Source: Botryllus schlosseri
Lineage: Eukaryota
DNA: 64,000 nt
Direction: 5' to 3'
Assembly (NCBI GenBank): GCA_051294905.1
Contig: CM119371.1
Location: forward strand, 3,970,001 to 4,034,000
The translations under genes and the position numbers were made by a program. Positions 40,201 through 53,253 of this stretch are shown here, piece by piece (the stretch's first letter is position 1; the number at the start of each line of letters is the position of its first letter). The notes below the pieces were generated by a model that had not been told where the DNA came from, made no database searches, and saw only the letters and a list, made by a program, of their open reading frames with translations.

Positions 40201-42606
40201 AACAACGACTCCATACATTTGTGTAATCAAATATTCAGTTGCTCTGATGCATCCATCAAAATCATTGGTTACTCGCATGCAATAACAATGTGCTGTTGTA
40301 CTTGGTGTACTTGGTGTGATGGTGTATGCATTGGTATTTTCCATGGAGACAAAACACGAGCTGTAACATGTTTACTTGAATATTGGTCGTTGGTTCATGA
40401 GTGAATATCCGGATCCGGTTAACACACTCTCTCAGATTAGTGATCCGGTTTCAGCTGACCGGAGCGACATGTATTGACCAGTAAAGACACAATATAGTAA
40501 ACAGACCCGAGGAAACTCGCAAATAACCCGGAGTTGTTAGGGTGATGGAGAACATAAATTCATCCGCTTTCCGAACGCCATTATCCGTGTACCAAAGTCG
40601 AGGAGGTGTTTTATTCAGACATTTTTGACTCTGGAAAATCCAAAGCACGAACCCGAACATCACGTACATATCGGAAACCGTTTATTCACCAATTCCGGAA
40701 ACATACATATCGATGTACAACAGCACATTGTTATTGCATGCGAGTAACCAATGATTTTGATGGATGCATCAGAGCAACTGAATATTTGATTACACAAATG
40801 TATGGAGTCGTTGTTGGTGTATATTTTGTCACCGTCTGTTGTAACAATATACAAAAATATCAAATTGTCCGCTGTGGTTGTCAGTTTTCAAAACGAAAAT
40901 GGTATTATTACCTAGGGAAAAGATGGATTTCCAAGTGAAAACGGTATTGGTACTCAGTTAAATGACAGTTTTCCAAGCGAAAAGGATTTGTTATCCGGGG
41001 AGAAAATATATTTCCAAAAGAAAATGATTAGTTACTCTAGGTAAAAGTATTTTTCCAAGTGAAAATGGTTTGTTGGTATGGGTAAACGCCAGATCTCCAA
41101 AGGAAAATAATATTTTTACTCGGGTAAACGGTGGATCGTCAAGTGAAAATGGTTTGTTGCTCAGGGAAAAAATATATTTCCAAGTGAAAAAGGTTTCTTA
41201 CCCAGAGAAAAAATATATTTCCAAGTGAAAAAGGGTTTGTTACTCAAGGAAAAAATATATTTCTAAACGAAAAAAGTTTGCTACTCTAGGAAAAAATATA
41301 TTTCCAAACGAAAACGATATTGTTACTAGGGTAAGAGGTGTGTGCTCAGTGTCGTTGGTCTTGTTAAACGTAGTTGTCCAGTTGTACAATATACTTGTCG
41401 TGAGTCTACAATTAAGAAGGGAGAGAATGAAAACACTATTATGAGAGTCAGAAGGTTGTTGTATGTAGATTTGCCAGTAACCCTATCTTTCGCATATGAC
41501 AAACACAATCATGACCGCGAATACATGTAACTAACTTGTTCGGTCTCGATCAATGCAAAATAGATGATTCGTTTTTGAAACCGTAGCGAAGACCACATGT
41601 AAATCTATGCGATAGACTTCTATCTCCTAACATTCAGTCGTGTCCATTTTAATACGGACCCACATGTATGCCATGCACACACCAACACCGTAAACAGAAG
41701 TCGATGATTTTGATTAATAAAAATATATCTTGATTACATCGGAATGTCTATGCTGCAGAAAGTAAATACTTCTATGGTGTTGTGTGTTTAATGAAAGCGA
41801 TTGGTTACAAGTATGTTTTTGGCGGAATAAAATTTATCTTTCTGTATGTGACAGTTTGTGAGGAAATGAAAATAGATTCATGGTTTTAATTGGATTGTGC
41901 TGTTTAATGTACGCTTCAACACGGAGACTTGACGCGGAACAACAACTCGATTCACAAAACAATTTGTCACCGGTGTGCAGAGGGTTAGGAACATTTTAAT
42001 ACAGCTCCATCTACTGGTTGTTGTGAGGATAATCATGTGATGACTCAGCACTTTTCGTTAGCAAAGTAGATTGATTTGTGTGTAAGATGTAAGGACCGTG
42101 ACTAGAAAACATATGTACTTTGTTGTTGGAGTATTGCTATGGCATTGACATAACCCTCTGGAAGTGAGTAGGCTTTTCTTTCACGAAAGTTTACGTGGCT
42201 CCGTTGTAATAAATTTGTGTTAACTAAACTCGGATGGATACCACACTTGTGCCGGACTTACACATGGTATTCGCATACTGTACACATACAAACTTTTGTG
42301 TAAACAACTCTGATGTTTCTGTTGGTACTAGTGCTGTGTTGAACTATTCGGTTCTTAAGACACATGAACAACCATTCAGACAATAAAGGTCTTGAGGTAA
42401 CGAAACAGTTTGTAGAGTCAAACCAACCATTCTTTAGTTTCGTAATGTGAGAATATCGAGTAAAGTTGATTACTTTGTGTGATGTAAATATCTTTCGTAC
42501 TTTTGTAAGAGTAGTGGGGGTCTGATGAAAAAGTAACTAGTTGACAAAAACAAAGTATTGAATAAAGGTTCGTCTGTTGTTTTCATAAGTCAAGAGAGTG
42601 AAAATT
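34292..42606. mobile_element. Putative decayed Maverick/Polinton-like element (left terminus to assembly gap)
   Basis: Starts AGTAGTGTATATG, followed by GC-rich short-period repeats, ~180-bp repeats and AT-rich broken frames; no hallmark gene recognised. Confidence 0.4.
38633..42606. repeat. Large inverted repeat: arms 38633-40301 and 40715-42606, spacer 413 bp
   Basis: Mirror ORFs in the track (39709-39897 and 41342-41530 identical); only isolated mismatches seen; right arm has ~225 bp extra tandem units. Confidence 0.95.
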
Positions 42607-42706
42607 NNNNNNNNNNNNNNNNNNNNNNNNNNNNNNNNNNNNNNNNNNNNNNNNNNNNNNNNNNNNNNNNNNNNNNNNNNNNNNNNNNNNNNNNNNNNNN
42701 NNNNNN
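42607..42706. other. Assembly gap (100 N)
   Basis: Run of n. Confidence 1.
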
Positions 42707-43409
42707 AATCAGTGGTCACAGCAGACCTACATAAACTAACAATCTAGTTGGTTCACGGTCAACTAACTAATGATTTTTGAGTCATTCCAGTTCTAGTTGC
42801 GAATTTGAGTGAGTCTCAGTTTGGCGTAAATGACGATACCGGTGTTCTTATGTGTGATGCTCTTGCAGCTATTGCTATCATAACTACTGATTGTGACGTA
42901 GCCAAGGCTTTGGGACCATAAACCGTTTTCATTTCGAACTCAAATCCCCGTCTATTGAAACAGATTTCATCTCCAATATTTGGTAGCTCCTGCACAATTC
43001 TGTGATTCGTAATGCATAAGTATACGTGTTCTGGACTCATCGGTTATCGAAATATATCCCTCCGGCTCTCACAGCGCCGAAAGTAGAGAAAATACAAGAA
43101 ATATGCACCTTGCTTACCGCCGTTAGCACTAATGAATTGTGCATAGGCAGCGTGGGTGAATGGAGACTGTCTCACCAAATTAAACTTCCTCAGTTTTATC
43201 CAACAGCAACCCCATACGTCTTCAGAGGTGACCAGTAGCAACGTACTAAGTTATGGACTACCTCCACGTAACAGTTATTCAGCAACACCATTTACTCGAC
43301 ACACTGTTCTGCAGCACGTTTGCGAGTGAAGTTCTCGTGAAAACTGGGCGAAATAACCCCACTGTATCACAGTAGCTGAATATATTGCAACTATTCGTAG
43401 CGTCATTAG

Positions 43410-43436
43410 TCAATCAATCAATCAATCAATCAATCA
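43410..43436 (+). repeat. (TCAA)n microsatellite
   Basis: Direct reading. Confidence 0.95.
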
Positions 43437-43672
43437 GGTTTTTCAATATTTAGTCATCCGCGAAGATCCATCCTGTAATTTTAAGAATAGCCACAGCCGA
43501 TTATCTGCTTGCAATAGGCTACTCGACACACTAGACTACTTTTCAGGTCTTTCAGTATCTGCCTTCGATGGTAGTTTTGAGATGTATTCAAAATTGCTAG
43601 TACAAATTTACATTCTGATTTCCACTACTACTGGAGTAGCAAGGCTAGAATACTTTTGACAACCCCTGTACG

Positions 43673-46292
43673 CAGAGCTGTTCAAAATCAAACTAGTCAA
43701 GAATGTTACTCCGGTAGAAGTAGCGACGAAGAAATCTACTCAAGTACGAGTAGAACTTTTAGAAGCAACCTAAATCCACTTGAAGTAGAATTTACCGACT
43801 ACCGAAATCTACACAAGTAACGATTTGTAAAACGGTCATAATTCGTTCGCATGGAATGTCAAAAGATGCAAATGGAGCTATGCGGAAGGTGTAGAGAGCT
43901 TGATTCAGATTGATACATCCTAGGAGAAAATGCGATACTAATTCATTGTTTACTCGAACACCCAGTTTACGAAAATATCATGGCACGACACCTTCCCCAA
44001 TAATTTAGGGGCCGTAGTTTAGTCGAAGAGCAATACGAAGAACTTGCATAGGATGCAGTGCTAACACTTTACCCGATTGGTCTATACCTTTATTTTCTGA
44101 AGAAATATAGGTATTGCTACCTACCTACCACTGGTGAGATGACTCGAGTCATGACTTGAGTAGAGTCACTATTTTCGTGTGACTCGACTTCACTCGGCGT
44201 GTGAGAAATGTGGATTGACTCGTGACTCGGAGCAACATTCACGAATCAATTTCAAGTCATCAAGTAATCGCTGTCGATAAAAAATCACCCTATCTTGCAG
44301 ATGTTCGGATCGGTCGCGAAACGCTAGTGTGACCCGTGAGAGCGACCAATTATTCAATGATCGTGCGTTTTACTGAGCCGCTATTGTTCTCTCACAAATA
44401 AATTGACCACAAACGAAGTGATCAAAGCTTACAGCGTACGGTGTCGTAAACTAGCATAGTAAATTATTTTAATAGCAAAATGTCTATTTCAATTTCTGTT
44501 CTTACCAAAACCAAACCTCTTGTTTTATTGAAATTGAATATAGTTTATATTAGCTTCGGCCATTAGCGGAGGCTCGAATTGTATCATATCAATTTGTAAA
44601 TGGGTAATGTATTGCGTCTTATAAGTCGTTTCTCCATTCTCTATTTTGACTGGTAACTATGAACTGAGGCTATATGCATTATGCAATCACTTACTTAGCA
44701 GATCTACGTATATGTGAGCGATACAGCACCTTCTCGCGTGTATATTTAACTTTATATTCGTTCATATGTTCAGAACCAACGACTACTCAATCTGAATTTC
44801 AAACAACTAGCAAAATGTAATGGCGTAATTATGCCTCATACTTCGATATCAACAACTTTCTCCAGCGATTGAGCACTTAGCTGATGCAGAGTTGGAAGAA
44901 TGCCGCGAGAAGCCTCTGATTTTGTTTCATCCATGCCACAATCAAACAGTGGAACGACATGTAAAGCTCGTAACAGAAGCATCAGCACAAGTTTCGGGAT
45001 TTCAAAGACGAGATGACCTCATTCGCCGAAAAATTAAGTCTCGTAAACTGATGAAAAAACTTGACAAAAGAATGCATTTTCAATAAGTCGTTAAATGTGA
45101 GTGTTTCATTATGATGCTTTGAACAGATTTTAAAAGGACTGTGTTGTGAATATATTTGTAATATGGGCCCAATATTCGGTATTGTCAATGTGTTACTTTT
45201 CTTTAAAAAAAAACTAATGACAGATCACAATTCGTCAGAATAAATGCTGAATTTCAACAAAAATGTGCGTATATATTGTTTTTCGGCTATAACTCAGTTT
45301 GTGTTCACAATAGAGAAAACTTTCTTCTGAAGAAAGATAGAAACATGATGCTCCCACAGATTTTGAGCTATATATCATTACTCTACGACCAGCGGTTGCC
45401 GAGATGGGCCATTTTACCCCCCCCCCCCACGCGCAGAAATTGGGGGGTTTGCTTGCTGGAAAATGGGGGCAACACCCTGAAGTCACTTTTTCTTGAAGTT
45501 TTAGGTCATTTGTCAGGGGTGAGGAAGCCCTTTTTGCGATTTGAAAAAAAAAGTCATTTTCACTCCACCCTATTGAACAGGTATGTTCTCCAGACAAAAG
45601 AACCGAGCCTATATTTAGAAAAACGATACTGCTAATTGAGAGAAAAATACAAGTAATAGGCCTACTACTTCTAACCGGTGAAAAATATGTTTATGTCTCT
45701 TGTCCAGAAGGTCTCAGGCTTGGTCTGCTAACCTAAAACACGACTAACGCTCAAAAATGTCAAAGTCCACTTTTCCAGATTGGGACACGCCATGTGCTGC
45801 TAGATCACGATATGATAGGTGATTATCGGTTTGCGAAATGGCAATTCACCACGTTTTGACGGGCCATATTTACTGTGATTTTATATGGGCGAAAATGCGG
45901 TGTGAACGGAACCATACTTGCTACCGAAATTATATTCACCTTTACTTTCGTGAAACATATCTGTCTCCTTAGCTACTGTGCGCGACGAGAATTCTGGTGT
46001 TTACTCGATTTCTATCAAAATTTATTGTTATTAATATCTTTTCACTGTACCGCAGTTTTGAAATGATAAGAAATTTAATAAACTGATACTATGTGAAAAC
46101 AATCTCTTTCTTATTGGAGAGTTAAACTAGTTCTACTTGGCAAACCGAAAATAGCGGTAAGTAAGTAGATCACAAAATATTATTGAGTATAATTAGCAGA
46201 AATTTGATTTACACGAGTAAGTAGCAGAAGTAGTGGAAGACTAGTTCAGTACTTAGAAAAAAGTAGAAGTACTTCGTTACTAACCACCTCTG
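43673..46292 (+). mobile_element. Older third copy of the same element, interrupted by later insertions
   Basis: Colinear similarity at 43673-44100 and 45580-46292; degenerate TSD cctgtacg/cttgtatg. Confidence 0.75.
44860..45572 (+). mobile_element. 3' end of a second hATm-like element (transposase C-terminus and right TIR)
   Basis: HPCHNQTVERHVKLVTEAS motif in ORF 44892-45086; terminus ...CCACCCTA followed by ttgaacag; 5' boundary approximate. Confidence 0.75.
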
Positions 46293-46613
46293 CTTGTATG
46301 CCGCAAGACTGCAATGACAACACACAAAGAAGCGTAATGCACAAATTCAATCCCACACATGATCTAATTCGTTAGTATTCACTATTTTTACAAGAGAGAG
46401 GCTTTCCTACCAAAGCTGCCATGGATATACACAGACACCACCATCCGAAGTCATTTTACACAACGTCAATCACATAATATGCACGTGGTACATAACTGGA
46501 ATATGGCGAAGAACAAGAATGCAGTCATATTATTCATTCATTGATTCACTCTTAAGCTCAAAACAGAGTCAGTTGCACAGTTTAGAAATGTATTCCTCGT
46601 TGCATCAAGCGTA

Positions 46614-46801
46614 TCACGAATCATCTTCAAAAGTAGAGTCTTCAAACAAGAGTCTTTCAAGGATACAATCTGCGTATAACAAAAGAGCGCCCATACACCC
46701 GCATTTTTGTAGCATCTCCATTTTCAAGTTGTGGAGTAACGTTACTGGTCAATGTAATTCGCGACTTGCATCAGAGGACACATAATCACTTTGGTGTGGT
46801 C
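46614..46801 (-). pseudogene. PLK-like terminal Polo-box 2 exon
   Basis: AG|DHTKVIMCPLMQVANYIDQ*.../MEMLQKCGC...YADCILERLL versus PLK1 [20 protein letters not shown]...LLEEYGC...YARTMVDKLL. Confidence 0.9.
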
Positions 46802-47764
46802 CTGCATGACACAAAATACATTTTAAAGCACTCGCACAGGTGTTCAAAGTAGTCTGCATAAGCTACTCAGTAGTCATGCAATTACCTAACCCATTTCTGA
46901 TCAATTATTAGAAGTAGGAGTTGGTAAAAGTGGTCATTGCTGCTACTACTCAAATAGAAGCAACCTTGCACCATTTTACTCCATTAAAAAGAGTAGGGAT
47001 GTAAGGACAGATCAAAACTACCCCAAGAAGAAATAAGATGGTGTCTAAGTAGTCGGCAAACCTACTCAACTACAAGTCACGCCTTACAAGTACAAGTAGA
47101 AGTAAACATTTCAAAGTCTGATCAAAAATGAGTGGTAACAACGTTATTTCTACTTGAGTAGCTGACTACTTTGACTTCCTCCTATTTTCATTTGAAGTAC
47201 TTTCGATATTTCATCGAAATCGGAACATCTACTTGTAAACGAGTAGAAATGTGTGATGCTAATTCTACTTGAGCAGCATCGCCGACTACAGTTACCACCT
47301 CCTACTTGGATAGCATCGCTCACTACTTTGACCACCTCTTACTTCCCCCTAACGTAGTTTTGACCGGTCCTTGACATCGCTACTTATGCTCATAATTCAC
47401 CCGAGTAAATAAGGTGAATAGGCGAAGTCGACTTGAGAACTCCGACAAAGAATAAGAAATGAACAAAAATTTGCAGTTTTGATTTTCCGTATGTAATTGA
47501 ACGTAATATTGCAATATTTGCAACATATTTCTCAGCTGTATACTAAAGATCTATGCCTCCAAGAGCAAAGTAACCGGTTCCATTGAACGAAAACCGAGAG
47601 GCGTATATATCCAGGTTGATTTCAATATGAATATGTTATTCAATTGAATAGTGCAGTGATTCCCAAACTGTATTACGCCACAGACTCGCAGTTGTGCCGT
47701 GAGTCTTTCTAGGATTTTGGAACAATACTGTATATTATTGAATATAAGGGATTCAGACTAAAAG

Positions 47765-48050
47765 ATGCGATTATAAAGCTGTACAGCTTTTTCAGCAGGC
47801 TGATGAATAAACGTATACAACCATGTCCATGAAACCAAACACGGCATTGCCTACGAATAGGGTCGTTTTTACATGATCACTGGGCAGCTCTGTCTGGAAA
47901 AAGTTCGTTGATTTGTTTCACATCAACTCAGTCTAGAAATCGTGCCATAAAGGTTGTAATTCAACTTACACTTTAACAATAGTTCTCGCGATTTGCTTTT
48001 AAAAAATATAGGTAAGCAGTCAATACATTAGTGAGCCATTAATTAGGCCA
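47765..48050 (-). pseudogene. Possible heavily decayed PLK Polo-box 1/2 junction exons
   Basis: Weak matches TAYLYF..RELLLK (cf. TLLKYFRNYMSEHLLK) and AMPCLVSW...AVQL (cf. ARLPYLRTW...SVQI) at the expected position; boundaries approximate. Confidence 0.35.
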
Positions 48051-48339
48051 TCGTTTTGCAGAAGAGCAGCTTATTGATTTACGAAGTGCTCCATTTTTTC
48101 AAAACACCTTTTTTGCGAATAGTTTGGGACGTCACTTCCCCGATCCTATTCCTTAATATCGACAATCAAAATTTTAGTGTCATTTCACTCATTTGTACCT
48201 TGATGTGTATTTGAACATGTTTTGATTTCCTTCGTTTTGACTAAAGTAAAAAGCCGTAACCGAGAGACGCTGCTTCGGGTCAAATTTTAATTATATGACA
48301 ACTACACAGTTTGTTCAAAAACATATTACAGCATACAGT

Positions 48340-48990
48340 AAGAATTAGACAAAGATTAGAATTAGAATTATAACACCACCTTTTTTCCAAATTAGACAAA
48401 AAATTAGATCGATAGCTGAAAATTTTTCCAAATTTGGTCAGAATTATAATAATAACTATATATTTTTCCAGAACTATAATACGATTAAAATTTATAGCAA
48501 CATTTTATTTTTCGAATTAAGATGGAATTAGAATTATAACATTGATTTTTTTCAAATTAGACTGGGATTAGATCTACAGCTATTTTTTTCCAAATTAAGT
48601 TAGAATGAGATTTATAACTAGTTTTTTTTCTAAATAATGCCACAGTTAAAATTATAATCACACATGTTTTTTCAAATAATATTTATAGTTTGATACTTTT
48701 TACAAATTAGATTAGAATTAGAACGTCTGAATTTGCAAAACTTGGATATTGAATTACTTCCGACCTGGAGAGAAATAAAAAAAATCAAGCTTAGTTCAGA
48801 GTTGATTTTCAGAATGGTCAATTCTCTTGGAATGGTAAATGTCCATACACGGAGCTTGGCTCGGTTCACACGATACAGTTCTTCTGTAACATTTTCAGGA
48901 AAACCAGAAATTAGATTATAGATAAGAGGAGAGCATAAAACATTTCACAAATTAGACAAGAATTAGAATCATAGCATTGACTTATTCCAA
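48340..48990 (-). repeat. Same AT-rich minisatellite family, reverse orientation
   Basis: Repeated ttttccaaattaga...aattagaattata. Confidence 0.7.
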
Positions 48991-49489
48991 AATTAGATGA
49001 TATTGCTGGCATTTCGCTTCAATTGGTCTAATTGGACAATTAGAATTATCTACTGCTTGAGCGTGTAGAAAAAATTTGTTGGCCTACCATATTTTGTCAG
49101 AATTGCTAAAAAAAGTACCAAGTATGTGACCCCTTGACCTAAACTACTCTTTAAAACTATGTACTTGGAATTAGTTTCGACAAATCTTGGACATTCTAAC
49201 TGTAATTGAGTAGCAATTTACAGCATCGCCAACTACTTCTACGTGGAGTAGTTTTGACGTTTATTTGAAATTGCTACTTCTGCTTGCAATTGAGTAAAAA
49301 TAAATGACTAGTATGCCATTAAAAAAAAAAGTCCCTTTGTTTCTATTCATCACTACGGCCTACAGTTATCATTTGCAAAAGACAGATGACGATTGTGAAA
49401 TAATTAGGCTAAATTTGAACTAAAACGTCGGGGGTCCGTGACGGTCCAAAATGGCTCCGTAAAGACGAAAAAGTTGTGAACCACTGGTA

Positions 49490-49564
49490 CAGCCATGTCT
49501 CTGTCATTGTTCGTTGTTTGAGTGGAGAACAGTACACCGTTGCTTTTGCAACATAGTTGGTAGC
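49490..49564 (-). pseudogene. PLK-like Polo-box 1 exon (truncated)
   Basis: AG|GYQLCCKSNGVLFS versus PLK1 GYQLCDNSVGVLFN; 3' end approximate, abuts a MITE fragment. Confidence 0.75.
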
Positions 49565-50720
49565 CTGAAATTTAATGAATGTCAAAAATTGCAGATATTT
49601 GAGGGTCTTTTAAGGACAGTATTGCAATTTGATTTGAATCAATGAATATTTTGCAGATATTTGAAGGGCTTCTGTATCATCGACAGTATGGAAACACTTG
49701 CACACATACTTGTGCAGCGAAATACCTAGTCATGTTACGCAACACATAACCATTTATCCTAATATGGAAGTAGCAGTGACCAAATTTCTGTTTTCACTAT
49801 TAGCGCCTAGTAGTTTCTACGAGGAGATGAGCATCAACGGCAGACTTGGAACTTCTAGGCATATCCGGATTAGATTTGAACTAGAATGTTAGCTACAGTT
49901 TACTTTTCAAATTAGATCAGAATTAGAATGACTGAATTCCTGAAAAACTCTAAAATTGAAAATAAATTCTGATAAACAAAAAATTCGAATGTCTCCAATG
50001 TCAAATGCTCATTACACACAACACAGTTCTCTGTAGAATTTTCAAGAAAACAAGAAATTAGATCAGAATTCAGATAAGGGCATTGATATATTTCACAAAT
50101 TGGATTAGATTACCGACATTGCGATTAAATCAGGCTAATTAGTAGGGCAAGTTTTTGCAAATTTTGCAACTTTTTTTTAAAGCTTCCGGCAGCTTCCTAA
50201 GTACTCGTAAGATATGTACAATTCTGTTTTAAGCACGTTGAAGGAATCTTATAGTGCAACTTTTTGTAACTTATGTCCATTTTTTTCATGCAAATTTTGA
50301 AAGGAAAGTTTTTTCGATTTTGGTGAAACACACGGCCAAATTCGACTGAAACACCGTAAATCAGCACCGAAATAACGCTTCTACGGGTATTTCGAGAGCT
50401 GAGCGGGAAAATAGCCTTTTTTTAGTCAATCGAGCAAAATGTGGTCTAACAACTTCTGCAACTTTTGTTAAAATTTAAAAAAATAAATGCAACTTTCTCA
50501 GGTTTTCAGTGCAACAAAAACTTGCCCTAAATTAGACAACCAGAACGATGACTACTTTTACTTGCAATTGGGTTGATATGTACGACGGTACTTGTACTTC
50601 TATCTTCGAGTAGTCATGAAGACTACTTCATTTACTTGTCTATTTATGGAATTAGATTGTAACCTCATATCAGCACTGCTTAGATAGCCAGTCACAGTTA
50701 CGATACCAATATTTCCATAC

Positions 50721-50796
50721 CAGATCCTGCTTTATCCGTCAGATCAAACCATTTGCCAACCCAAAGCGTTTGCAGCTGCTCAGACTTTTGCTTCAT
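50721..50796 (-). pseudogene. PLK-like Polo-box 1 start exon, copy b
   Basis: AG|DEAK../TLWVGKWFDLTDKAGSG|GT; splices in phase to GYQL exon. Confidence 0.8.
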
Positions 50797-51005
50797 CTGT
50801 TGAATCAAACACAGTTGTAATACACAGAAACGTAACATATATAAAGTGCTAACAATCTTTTTGGTAACGTTACATAGGAGCAAGTGTCGTAACTTGCATC
50901 TAGGATATTCGCCGATCTTGCTATGGATATCCTAATACTTTGAACATGCGCGAAAATTTCATGATCGCGAATATTTGAGTATCACTCATTATAATGTATT
51001 ACAGC

Positions 51006-51981
51006 AGTATTGGGATTACTCGAGTTACGACTTGAATCAGCTCAGCTTTTTGGCATGACTTGACTTTTACGAAATGTGGATTGACTCGTGCCTAGAAGCA
51101 AAATCTACGAGTCAATTTCAAGTCATCAAGAAGTCCGTGTCGATTAAATTGCTCTTTGACGAATAAATTGTCCGTAAATGAAATGATCAAATATCTTACA
51201 ACTTACGTTGTCGTACTACTTGTAAATTAATCAAATGACAATGCAGATCTATACTATAGCCAGCGCACATTGCACAGTTCTCACCATAAACAAGCATCTT
51301 GTATGAGTTAGTAATCGACCGGACATAGTTTGTGCGTTTATATTAATGGTAAACGGGATCAAGATTATATTATATCTAATGAATTGTTCGAGGGGTGGTG
51401 CATCATATCAATTTAGTTCAACATCTCGAGATTTCATAATCGATTTTGGCTGAAATTTACAAACTGAAGCTGTACACTGTACAGTAGGGCTGTTCAAAAA
51501 GAACCTCTTTTCCTGAATCTTGCTGATTACTTAATTAAATCGTTAGGTTGCCTTAAAAAACGACGCACACCAAATATGAATTCATTCCAACCAATATTCG
51601 CGAATTTCGTAGAGTAGGCAAATTCAAAATTTTCAAACTCTACGAAATTCGCGAATATTGGTTGGAATGAATTCATATTTGGTGTGCGTCGTTTTTTAAG
51701 GCAACCTAACGATTTAATCAAGTAATCAGCAAGATTCAGGAAAAAAGGTTCTTTTTGAACATCCCTACTGTACAGTTACCCTATATTCGTTTCTTGATTA
51801 AGAATTGTTGGTGTCTCACTAGTAATGATTACGAATCATGCTTCATACTTCAAAAATTAATTTGACTCGGCGCGTGACTTGACTTGAGTCACCTCTAAAA
51901 ATCGAGTGACTTGACTCGGGTCAAAATGTGCAATGACTCAAAATGACTCGTAACTCGAAGGTAGTGACTTGATCCCAACGC
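51006..51981. mobile_element. GACTCGAGTC-motif non-autonomous TIR element hosting the 283-bp MITE
   Basis: CAGTATTGGGAT...ATCCCAACGC ends; related ends at 19660-19810, 44129-44450 and 56400-56503. Confidence 0.65.
51485..51767. mobile_element. Internally deleted copy of the same palindromic MITE
   Basis: 283-bp palindrome, same arms as 15546-16165, CTGTACAG on both sides. Confidence 0.9.
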
Positions 51982-52374
51982 AAACAATGTAATGCCAATT
52001 CCACATCGTATAAAGATGATTTGTATGTTGTCGTCCGCGCCTATATCATCGACTCGAATCATGGAATTAATAATCAATAATGGGAAGCCCTATAGTGCTA
52101 ACCGAATTCATAATAACGTAACTTAGGAGCAAGAGTCGTCATTGGAACTACGATATCTGTTGATCTCGATATTACTATGAAATTACTAATAAATTCTAAA
52201 TTTAACATCACTTTTAGTATTTGATATTAGACCGAAATAGTATTTCGACACAATGGAATCAGGCAGATAATTTATGATATAAATCTATGATTCGTGGAAG
52301 TAGCCTACATTAACTGCAAGTCTATTAAAGACGGAGGCAATAGAGACGGAAACAATAGTAATACGAGAACCAAC

Positions 52375-52527
52375 CCATATTTATAGCAGACTTCGAGGAT
52401 GGATTGGCATCGATTCATTTTCTGGAGTTGTGCTTCCAATTTTGCCACATGGATGATCCGGTACTGCAAACGACGGGTGCTACTGGCTTGTCACCTACAG
52501 GTTTCTGTGACTATGCATTAGCAGCAC
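52375..52527 (-). pseudogene. PLK-like linker exon, copy b
   Basis: AG|GAANA*SQKPVGDKP...AKLEAQLQKM/IDANPSSKSAINM|GT; similar to 57605-57747. Confidence 0.7.
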
Positions 52528-53253
52528 CTGTAAAGAAAATTTAGAGTAAGCTGATGCAACTTACCAACAATGGCGTGCTCTTTGCAAACATACAATAGGT
52601 TAAGATGTGATTTGGTAAGTCTTTTTACTTCTTCCACCAAAAGTCGAACTCTATACTCGGAATGAGACCAGTCAGAGTACTGAATATTTAAAATGCGAAA
52701 TCAGAACTAAAACTAGAAATACTCAATTTTAAAAATGGGCAACTAGAACCAGACGTGGCAGTAGGCTTAGTCAAAAACACAGTAGCCTGATTCGTTGACC
52801 TACTTGGTAACCTCCTGATGTTTTACAAAGTATCGCTGACAATGAATCAAGGAATAAGTTACAGTACAGAAAACTTGGATGAGGCTTCAAAAAATTATTC
52901 TCACAATAAAGGTAATTCATATTAAATGGTTTCTTGCAAGATTGTCAGTGAAACAGAGGGAAACAAATATAGGTTAATGCAAAACCAATCCAGGAATTAC
53001 AACGCAACAGTGACTAGTGAGTATCTAACAGCTGGATGATCCTCTGCTAATTCCATTGAGTAAAGTAATATTCGGATCAAAAGACAGACTTGGATGACTT
53101 GATAATTATAGTTGTCTAATTAGGCTAATTGGAGAGAAATGCCGGTAATCTAACTCTAATCTAATTTGTGACATTTTAATTTTACTTCTTATTCCATTTC
53201 TGGTTCTCCTGAAAATATATCTCAACCTTGCGTTTGAATTGTAAAAATCTCAC

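Noticed and set aside
42537..42719. ORF spanning X residues
   Set aside because: Artefact of the N gap
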